Assembly (NCBI GenBank): GCA_050250895.1
Contig: JBFWNU010000001.1
Location: forward strand, 2,150,210-2,214,209
From: Vulcanimicrobiota bacterium
GTDB taxonomy: Bacteria > Vulcanimicrobiota > Xenobia > Xenobiales > JADMJV01
Direction: 5' to 3'
DNA: 64,000 nt
Position 1 is the stretch's first letter. The number at the start of each line of letters is the position of its first letter. Shown here piece after piece: positions 56,912 through 64,000 of the stretch. The position numbers and the translations under genes were made by a program. The notes under the pieces are model-generated. The model worked only from the letters and a program-made list of their open reading frames with translations, did no database searches and was not told where the DNA came from.

Positions 56912-57990
56912 GCACCCTCTGGTTGATTTTATTGCTGGTGGCGGCTGGCTACCAGCTGGCCTGTGCCTGGCTGAGCCTTGGTTTTCGAGGCGAGCTGCGC
57001 CGATTTGCCGACAAAGGCTTTCGCCCCGGGGTTTCGCTGCTCAAGCCGGTGCGAGGCTGGAGCGAGCGGACTGCTCGCAATCTGGCCACTTTCGAGGAGC
57101 TGACCTATGAGGGGCCGGTGGAGACCGTGTTCACGGCCGCCCGGCGGGGCGATCCGGCCGTGGCCGCCCTGGGCAGCCGGGTGGTCGACGGCACGCCTTC
57201 GCCTGGGCACAACCGCAAGGTCGCCGGTTTGGTGGCCGGGCTCGAGCGCACTCGTCACGATTTGCTGGTCGTCTCGGATGCTGATATCCGCGTGCCTCCG
57301 GATTATCTCGAACGCGTCTGTGCCGCTTTCGAGGACGACCGGGTGGGACTGGTGACCAGCCTCTATCGTGCTGGTCCGGGGCAGAGCCTGGGGACGGCCC
57401 TGGAGGCTCTCTGCATCGCCGATTTCTCGGCCTCGGTGCTGGTGGCCCGCCGCACCGAAGGCCTGGCCTTCGCGCTGGGGGCCACCATGGCCGTGCGGCG
57501 CCAGGCCCTCGAGCAGATTGGGGGCTTTGCCGCCCTGGAGGACTTTCTGGCCGACGACTTTCAGTTGGGCCACCAGGTGGCCCGGGCCGGCTGGCAGGTG
57601 CGCCTGGCTCCCACCGTGGTCGAGACCGACCTTGGCGAGGTCGACCTCCAGGGGGCCCTGTCTCACCAGTTGCGCTGGATGGTGACCTCGAGGGTGTCGC
57701 GCCCCGGGGGGCACGCCGCCTTCATCGTCACCCAGGGCCTGCTGTGGGCCCTGTTGTTGGTGGCCTCCACGGGTGCCTGGTGGACCCTGGCCGCCTGGTG
57801 GGGTTGGCGGTGGCTGACCACGGCGGTGGTCTGGCAGGTGCTGGGGGCTCGTTGCCGCTGGTGGCTATTGCCAGTCAAGGAACTGGCCTATCTGTGCCTG
57901 TGGGCGGCCTCGCTGGCAACTGATACCGTCCGCTGGGGTGAAGACCGCTTTCGCATCGACCGTCAGGGGAAGATGACTCCTGTATGCTAG
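56908..57990 (+). CDS. hpnI: glycosyltransferase family 2 (ceramide-glucosyltransferase-like; HpnI-like)
   Basis: N-terminal TM, DxD-type region (LLVVSDADIRV), QxxRW-like motif (HQLRWMVTSR), C-terminal TM helices. Overlaps the hpnG stop by 4 nt. Confidence 0.7.
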   Translation: MSTLWLILLLVAAGYQLACAWLSLGFRGELRRFADKGFRPGVSLLKPVRGWSERTARNLATFEELTYEGPVETVFTAARRGDPAVAALGSRVVDGTPSPGHNRKVAGLVAGLERTRHDLLVVSDADIRVPPDYLERVCAAFEDDRVGLVTSLYRAGPGQSLGTALEALCIADFSASVLVARRTEGLAFALGATMAVRRQALEQIGGFAALEDFLADDFQLGHQVARAGWQVRLAPTVVETDLGEVDLQGALSHQLRWMVTSRVSRPGGHAAFIVTQGLLWALLLVASTGAWWTLAAWWGWRWLTTAVVWQVLGARCRWWLLPVKELAYLCLWAASLATDTVRWGEDRFRIDRQGKMTPVC

Positions 57991-60089
57991 CCTTGCTGAT
58001 GCTACTTTGCGCCATGCCACTCGAGCCGACGGCCCTGGACGCCCTGGTCGAACAAGCCATCCAGCAGGGTCAGACGGCCGGGGCTGTCTTGCTGGTCGGC
58101 CGGGGCCGCGAGGTTCTCTACCATAAGGCTTATGGCTTTCGCCAGCTTGCCCCCGAGCGCTTGCCCATGACCACCGACACCCTCTTCGATGTGGCCTCTT
58201 TGACCAAACCAATGGCCACCGGGCTGGCCGTGAACTGGCTGTTCGAAAAGGGCAAACTCTCGCCCCAGGACCGGGTGGCCGACTATCTGCCCCAGGTCGA
58301 CCCGCGGCTAACGGTAGAGCAGCTTCTGATCCATCGCGCTGGCTTTGCCCCCGATCCCCCACTCGAGGCTGGCTGGGACGAGATCCTCGCGAGCCAACCT
58401 ATCCATCCACCGGGCCAGGAGTTTCTCTACAGCGACATCGGCTATCTCATCCTGGGCAAACTGGTCGAGAAGGTCGACGGGCGACCGCTGGACCGCCTTT
58501 GTGCCGAGGAGTTCTACACTCCCCTCGAGATGGTCGACACCGGTTTCAATCCGGCCCCGCGCCCGCGGGTAGCGGCCAACGAGGGGCCCCTCAGCGGTCG
58601 GGTGCACGACCCTCGGGCCGCCCGGCTGGGCGGAGTCGCGGGCCATGCGGGGCTGTTTTCGACCACCAGGGACACCTCTCGCCTGGCGGTGATGCTGCTC
58701 GAGGGTGGAGCCGGCCTGCTAGCACCCGAGACGGTCCAGGCCATGACGGCCAATCACCAGGGGCGCAGCTACGGGTTCGATGTCGACACCAGTTTCTCGA
58801 CTGCCCGTGGCGATCGCTTTGCGGCCGGATCCTCCTACGGGCACACCGGCTTCACCGGCACCAGCCTGTGGATCGACCCGGCTAGCGGCATCTATGTCAT
58901 CCTCTTCACCAACCGGCTCCATCCCGACGGGAAAGGCTCGGTGGTCGAGTTGCGCCGCCAGGTGGCCACGGCTGTGGCCGACCAGTTGCTGGGGCCGCCG
59001 GTAAAGTTGGGGGTCGATCGCCTGGTCGAGCAAGACTTCGCCCCCCTGCGCGGTCATCGGGTGGGCCTGGTGACCAATCACACCGGCCGCGACAGTCGAG
59101 GCCGACGAACGGTCGATCTATTGGCCCAGGCCGAAGGGGTCGAACTGGTCTGTCTGTTTAGCCCCGAACACGGCCTGCAGGGCAATCGGGACGAAAAGAT
59201 CGGCCATTCGGTCGATCAGACCACCGGTTTGCCGATCTACAGCCTCTACGGGGAAGACCGCCGCCCTCGGCCCGAGTGGCTGGCTCAAGTCGACACCGTG
59301 GTTTTCGACATCCAGGATGCGGGCTGCCGGTTCTATACCTACATCTCGACCATGAAAGCGGTGCTCGAGACCGCCCCCCGGGTGGTCGTGCTAGATCGTC
59401 CCAATCCGCTCGGGGGTCAGCTGGTCGACGGCTGGTTGGCCGAAGAATTCGACTTCATCGCTTGCGCCCCCATCCCCCTGGTCCACGGCATGACGGTGGG
59501 GGAGTTGGCTCGGCTCTTCAACCAGTCGGCCGGCACTCAGCTCGAGGTGGTCGCCATGCAGGGCTGGCGCCGCTCGATGAGCTTCGACCAGACCGGAGTG
59601 ACCTGGATCGACCCGTCTCCCAACTTGCGAAGCACCACCGCCTGTTATCTCTATCCGATGGTCGGGTTGCTAGAATGGGCCCATCTGTCGGTGGGCCGAG
59701 GGACCGACTCTCCTTTCCAGCGCTTTGGGGCCCCATGGATCACCGACCAGCGCCAGCTGGCCTGGCGCCTCAATCAGCTGGGCTTGCCTGGACTACGGTT
59801 CGTCCCCATCCGGTTTACGCCCCAGGCATCGGTCTTCGCCGGCCAGGAGTGCGGCGGAGTCGAGGTCGTGCTCTGCGACCGCCAGGTCTTGCGACCGGCC
59901 CTGGCCGGCCTCCAGGTGGCCCGACTCTTGGCCGAACTCTATCCCGACCACTTCCAACCAGAGAAGTTGAGCCGGCACATCGCCAACCCGGCCGTGCTGG
60001 CTTCTATCCAGGCTAGCCCCGACCCGGCCCTGTGGCAGCCGAGCCTGGAAGAGTTTTGCCGACGCCGCCAGCAAGTCTTGTTGTACTAG
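57984..60089 (+). CDS. fusion protein: class-C-type serine beta-lactamase/transpeptidase fold + DUF1343 (NamZ-like exo-muramidase) domain
   Basis: N-terminal SxxK (FDVASLTKPMA), YSD (FLYSDIGY) and HTG (YGHTGFTGTS) motifs. The C-terminal half (VGLVTNHTGRD...VVFDIQDAGCRFYTYISTM...) matches the DUF1343 pattern. 701 aa. Overlaps the hpnI stop. Confidence 0.75.
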   Translation: MLALLMLLCAMPLEPTALDALVEQAIQQGQTAGAVLLVGRGREVLYHKAYGFRQLAPERLPMTTDTLFDVASLTKPMATGLAVNWLFEKGKLSPQDRVADYLPQVDPRLTVEQLLIHRAGFAPDPPLEAGWDEILASQPIHPPGQEFLYSDIGYLILGKLVEKVDGRPLDRLCAEEFYTPLEMVDTGFNPAPRPRVAANEGPLSGRVHDPRAARLGGVAGHAGLFSTTRDTSRLAVMLLEGGAGLLAPETVQAMTANHQGRSYGFDVDTSFSTARGDRFAAGSSYGHTGFTGTSLWIDPASGIYVILFTNRLHPDGKGSVVELRRQVATAVADQLLGPPVKLGVDRLVEQDFAPLRGHRVGLVTNHTGRDSRGRRTVDLLAQAEGVELVCLFSPEHGLQGNRDEKIGHSVDQTTGLPIYSLYGEDRRPRPEWLAQVDTVVFDIQDAGCRFYTYISTMKAVLETAPRVVVLDRPNPLGGQLVDGWLAEEFDFIACAPIPLVHGMTVGELARLFNQSAGTQLEVVAMQGWRRSMSFDQTGVTWIDPSPNLRSTTACYLYPMVGLLEWAHLSVGRGTDSPFQRFGAPWITDQRQLAWRLNQLGLPGLRFVPIRFTPQASVFAGQECGGVEVVLCDRQVLRPALAGLQVARLLAELYPDHFQPEKLSRHIANPAVLASIQASPDPALWQPSLEEFCRRRQQVLLY

Positions 60090-60153
60090 AAGGATGGGGG
60101 GCGTGGATACCCCGTGGTAGTCCTTTCCTCGGATGCCTTCTCTATGCTCAAGA

Positions 60154-60973
60154 CATGAGATACTGCGCGTTATTGGTAGCCGTGTTGCTGTTGGTCGGCT
60201 GTGGTCCCGACAAAGAACCAGAACAGGCCAGGGTCAGTCCGACTGCCCGTCCGGTGGTGCAGGTGACGGCCACTCCCAGCCCCCAGCCGGCCTCTGAGCC
60301 AGGACCGAGCTTTCGCGTCAGAACGATTTTTCCCGGGGCCAGCAACGTGACCTTCGATGTGACCATCAACGGCCGTCCGGCGGGCTCGTTCAACACCTCG
60401 GCCCAAAACGATATCACCCCGCTGGTGAGCGCTGGTGACAACTCGTTGGAGATCCGCTGGAAAGCCGACCCCGAGATGATGAGTGGGCGCAGTGTAGAGT
60501 TCTATTTCGAGCAACGGCCGTCGCCTGATGATGATTGGAACACTCTGGTCTCGCGCCAGGTGAACAAAGACACCGAAGCAGGCTCGCTGACCACTAGCTT
60601 TGTCTCGGGCGAAGTCGGGCTGACCCAGCCGGCCGTGGAGGTGGATCAGCCCCCGGCTGAACTGGCTGACCGCTTCACCGTCAAGGTCGAGCAGAGCAAG
60701 CTGTTGCCGGCCGACTTTACTCTGACCCTCAACGGTCAGCCGGTGGGGTCGTTCGCGGCTAACTCGGATCAAGACGTGACCCGCTTTATCCGACCGGGCG
60801 AGAATCGAGGGCGTTTGGTCTATGAGGCCAAAGGCCACATCCTGCCGAAAGGGGCCCAGACCAGGTTCGTGCTCGGCGTAGAGCGCGACGGCAAATGGTC
60901 CACCGTGGTGGCCCAGACCGTCGGCCAAGCGGACCCGGAAGGGCTCAAGGAGTTCGCCTTCCAGGCCGAATAG
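60154..60973 (+). CDS. hypothetical lipoprotein
   Basis: MRYCALLVAVLLLVGCGPD signal + lipobox. Start coordinate is approximate (±1-2 nt) because the upstream ORF extension is in frame. Confidence 0.5.
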
Positions 60974-61017
60974 GAAAAGCCCCGCTGGTGTCGGGGCTTC
61001 GTCTTTGGCTCGCTGCG

Positions 61018-61374
61018 CTACTTGATGCGGGCTGTGTGGTCTTCTTCGAGAATGACCTGGCTCGCTTCCAGCAGGTTGATCTCTTCGAACTCGAGGGCGT
61101 TGCCTTCGGAGTCTTCCACCCGGATGTCCCACAGTTCCGCCTCGCTGGCGCCGTCAAATTGGATGTTGACGGTGGCCCCGTTCTGGATCACCTTGCCCCC
61201 CAGCAGGTCCTCTTCCCAGTTATCGGTGCCGGAAGGGCTGACGTAGAGGGCGTAGATGTCGACGCCCGTGCGATTGAAGAGTTCGAAGTCTTGCTCGCCG
61301 GCGCGGGCCGTCTGGTGGAGCGAGCCGAGCAGGAGCGCGGTGAGTGCAATAATCCCTAGAACTGACTTTCTCAT
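61018..61374 (-). CDS. small secreted protein (118 aa)
   Basis: Signal peptide MRKSVLGIIALTALLLGSLHQTARA. Acidic mature part. AT-richer codon usage. Confidence 0.45.
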   Translation of the reverse strand: MRKSVLGIIALTALLLGSLHQTARAGEQDFELFNRTGVDIYALYVSPSGTDNWEEDLLGGKVIQNGATVNIQFDGASEAELWDIRVEDSEGNALEFEEINLLEASQVILEEDHTARIK

Positions 61375-61482
61375 CGTGAGTATTCCTCCCCATTTTATTG
61401 CCCGGAGAAAGTTCAGCCGGAAACGAGCACCATCCTCTCGGCCTTGTCGGGTTCGCCTGCTCGAGGAACGGGGGCCGGCGGC

Positions 61483-62130
61483 CTAGTCGCCCTGGCGCCG
61501 GACCCGGTGGAAATAGACCGTTTCACGACCCCAACTGAAGAGATACTCCTGCTGGCGCCATAGCTCGAGGTCGGGATGGAGGGTCTGCCAGCCGACGCTG
61601 ATCCAGCGCGTTCCTTCGGCCAGATCGTCCACGCAAGCGGCCAGATCCAGGCGGGTGTCCTCTTCAAAGACAGTCCCGGCCACATAGACACAGGTGACCT
61701 CCTCGAGCGGGGTGTCGGCGAAGTCCTGATGCCGAAAGCTCACCCCGTCCAGGCCCAGCCAGGCTACAATGCGGCGGGCCACCACCAGATAGCTGGCCAG
61801 CAGGTCGACTCCGATAGCCTGCGCGCCCGTGAGCAGATGGGCCATGAAGACCATCTTGCCGCGACCGCAGCCCAGATCGATAAAGACATCGTCTGGTCCC
61901 AGTTCGGCCTCCCGCAGGATCTCTTCGGCGGTGAACCAGGGAGTCTCGCCGTAGCGAAAGTCGCCAAAAGGGCGTTTGAGGGCCCGGGCTTGCAGATAAA
62001 TGTCGAGAGGCGCGAACCGGACCAGATAGTGGGTCCAGAACAGCGCCTCTACTTTCCAGAGTCGGGGGACTCGAAAGAGTGCTTTCCACTCGCGGGGCCC
62101 TAAAAACAGGACCTCGAGAGATTCCTTCAC
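61483..62130 (-). CDS. class I SAM-dependent methyltransferase
   Basis: Motif I VFIDLGCGRGKM and an acidic residue after beta-2 (GVDL). Confidence 0.6.
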   Translation of the reverse strand: MKESLEVLFLGPREWKALFRVPRLWKVEALFWTHYLVRFAPLDIYLQARALKRPFGDFRYGETPWFTAEEILREAELGPDDVFIDLGCGRGKMVFMAHLLTGAQAIGVDLLASYLVVARRIVAWLGLDGVSFRHQDFADTPLEEVTCVYVAGTVFEEDTRLDLAACVDDLAEGTRWISVGWQTLHPDLELWRQQEYLFSWGRETVYFHRVRRQGD

Positions 62131-62131
62131 T

Positions 62132-63133
62132 CTAGGCGGTCAGGTGCCAGGTGGCCAGCTGGGCCATACCCTTGAGGCTGCGCGAGGCCGCTTGCACGGC
62201 GCTATGCTCGAAGCCCGAGTGCATCTTGCAGTTGGCGCAACGACGGTCCTGGCGGGTTTCCCAATAATCCCAGTCCACCGAGTTCCAGAAGGTGTCGAAA
62301 TCGTCGTAGTATTTGTCGCCAATCAGATAGCAGGGTCCCTTCCATCCGTTGGGCGTGTAGTTGACCGTCGACCAGGGCGAGCACTTGAGTTCGATCAATC
62401 CGGCCGCGAAGTCGAGGAAAGCGGGCGTGGCCGTCAGTTTGTATTTGCTCGAGAGTTCGCGGATGCGCTTGAACTTCTCGTGAATCTGCTCCTGGGTCAG
62501 GAAGACGTCGGCTTTGACGCTCTCGTAGCTGTAGCCGGGCGAGATCAGGATGCCGTCGACATTGAAGCCGGTCAGGAAGTCGCAAAGTTCCTCCACCTCT
62601 TCGATGTCGGTCTCTTTGAAAACGGTGGTGTTGGTCAAGGTCAGATAGCCGCGCTCTTTGCATTCTTTAATCATGGCCACGGCCTTGTCGAAGACGCCGT
62701 CGCGAGCGCACACATAGTCGTGGGTCTTCTTCATTCCATCAAGGTGGACATTGACGAATAACTGCTTGTGCGGCTTGATGTTGGGAAAGAACTTCTTGTC
62801 GAGCATCAGGGCGTTGGTACACAGGATGATGTGCTTGCCCTGCTCGATCAGGCCTTCGATCAATTCTGGCAGTTCGGGGTAGATGGTCGGCTCGCCGCCG
62901 CAGACGGCCACGGTGGGCACTTCGGTGATGCGGGCGGCCTCGAGGCATTTCTCGACCGGGAGGCGATCCTTGAGCTTGCCGGTGTGGCGCTCGACCGCGC
63001 AACCGATACAGGCCAGGTTGCAGGTATAGAGCGGCTCCAACATTAGCACGGTGGGGTAGCGCTTGCGCCCTTTACGGCGCTGCTGCACCATGTGCTTAGC
63101 GTTGGACATTACAAAGTCGATGGGGAATCGCAT
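62132..63133 (-). CDS. hpnH: radical SAM adenosyl-hopene transferase (HpnH-like)
   Basis: CxxxCxxC radical-SAM cluster motif (YTCNLACIGCA) near the N-terminus and a Cys-rich C-terminal domain (CANCKMHSGFE) as in HpnH. Start set at the internal Met 63133. Confidence 0.75.
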   Translation of the reverse strand: MRFPIDFVMSNAKHMVQQRRKGRKRYPTVLMLEPLYTCNLACIGCAVERHTGKLKDRLPVEKCLEAARITEVPTVAVCGGEPTIYPELPELIEGLIEQGKHIILCTNALMLDKKFFPNIKPHKQLFVNVHLDGMKKTHDYVCARDGVFDKAVAMIKECKERGYLTLTNTTVFKETDIEEVEELCDFLTGFNVDGILISPGYSYESVKADVFLTQEQIHEKFKRIRELSSKYKLTATPAFLDFAAGLIELKCSPWSTVNYTPNGWKGPCYLIGDKYYDDFDTFWNSVDWDYWETRQDRRCANCKMHSGFEHSAVQAASRSLKGMAQLATWHLTA

Positions 63134-63243
63134 GGTTACACCTCTAGGATCGGTTTCGGAGCCCCGGGTTCTAGTCGCCTGCCGAGATTCCTTTCTATCA
63201 GGCGAAATGGCCGCGCGCCCTGAGCCGCGAAAGAAGCCCTTGC

Positions 63244-64000
63244 GATGGAGCAAGCCGAGCAACTGCAACGATTGGTGGACCGCGGCGCCTTAGACGAGGC
63301 GGTCCGTCTGGCCAAATCCCATCCCGACCTGGCCTTCGCTCTGCCGCGGCTTCACCTGCTTCGGCGTGACCGGGCGGCCGTGCTCGCGATCATTCGCCGG
63401 CTCCTTCCCATGGCCGGCACCGATTCGGCCTATCGACTGCTGGGCGAGTTGGCCGGACAGGTGGGGGCCAGCGGCCTGCGCCGGCACATCGCCAGTCTCT
63501 GGGGCGAGCCGGAGTTTCTTTACGAGACTTATCTGGCCACCGGCTGCCCGGAGGCCGCCCGCAAGGTTCTGCACGCTCAGTTCCAGCAGGCCAGGATACC
63601 CACCTGGGCGCTTTCGCGACGGGCCCTCGAAGAACTCGAAGAGCGCCGCCTGGAATCGGCCGGACGCTTCTTCGAACTGGCAGGGGATGCTTTTAGTCTG
63701 CACCAGCAAGCCGAGGTCGCCCGCCGCCTGGGCGATGCCGCCCAGGCCGACCGGCTCGAGCGCAAAGCCATGCGCGCGCAGCCAGATTATCTGTGGACCC
63801 ACTGGCGCCAGGCCATGACCCATCGCCAGCCGGCTCGTCTCGAGCTTTGCGCTCCCGAATCCCAGGGCTTGCTCAAAGATCTCAGAGTGGCCTGGGGTCT
63901 GGCCCAATCCGGCTATCGAGGTGGGGAGGCCGAATGGCACCACTACAGCGGATGGCAGTCGTTGGACCGGTTGGCTCTGACGGTGGTCGCCGAACCCGGG
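63244..64000 (+). CDS. hypothetical protein, 3'-truncated by window end
   Basis: Manual translation from ATG 63244 gives an uninterrupted frame to the window edge (MEQAEQLQRLVDRGALDEAVRLAKSHPDLAF..., TPR-like helical content). Not in the ORF track because it has no stop within the window. Confidence 0.4.

Noticed and set aside
1-64000. tRNA/rRNA genes
   Set aside because: No stretch with rRNA-like conserved motifs or cloverleaf-sized GC-balanced islands was apparent by eye; intergenic regions are short. A tRNAscan-SE/Infernal run would be needed to exclude small ncRNAs definitively.

Overview
High-GC (~65-70%) bacterial chromosomal segment with about 65 mostly tightly packed protein-coding genes and no rRNA, tRNA or CRISPR array seen by eye. 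All domain calls come from reading motifs in the supplied translations; no BLAST or HMM search was possible. The standout region is 10.4-17.7 kb, a compact divergently organised RiPP-type biosynthetic locus that combines enzymes normally found in different RiPP classes. The minus-strand operon encodes a small precursor peptide with a Cys/Ser/Thr/Asp-rich C-terminal core (…NAGPGTDGCDGGCDSCGCTYSAS), then a fused E1-like/YcaO cyclodehydratase, then a SagB-type FMN dehydrogenase; this is the azol(in)e-forming machinery of TOMM/LAP systems. The plus-strand operon encodes an HprK-like P-loop Ser kinase, a PAPS-type sulfotransferase, a stand-alone PqqD-like RRE protein and an asparagine-synthetase-like PP-loop enzyme, an arrangement typical of lasso-peptide clusters. 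No B2 leader protease or exporter is visible. The precursor has a lasso-compatible Thr(-2)/Gly1/Asp7 pattern, a C-terminal Ser (a plausible HprK-like kinase substrate) and a Tyr (a candidate sulfation site). Together these suggest a previously undescribed multiply modified RiPP that carries thiazol(in)es and may also be phosphorylated, sulfated and macrolactam/lasso-cyclised. A hybrid sensor kinase/response regulator lies immediately downstream. Elsewhere the window holds a membrane dipeptidase; two tandem lipoprotein alpha/beta-hydrolase paralogues next to a degenerate GGDEF-Clp_N protein; an alkyl-DHAP-synthase-like FAD oxidase plus methyltransferase; a DinG-like helicase; an FHA-GAF histidine kinase operon with a PilX-like protein; an S8 protease with a CBM48-like tail; coaBC; an orphan pilN-pilO pair; and an aldehyde dehydrogenase. 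A ~122-bp intergenic tandem repeat (about 2.7 copies, 46716-47048) carries an EcoRI-centred palindrome. A partial hopanoid cluster (HpnC/D-family synthase, hpnA-hpnG-hpnI, hpnH) is interrupted by a beta-lactamase/DUF1343 fusion gene, with no squalene-hopene cyclase in the window. Clear intrinsic terminators occur at ~37.25 kb and ~41.4 kb, and several visibly AT-richer genes stand out against the background.
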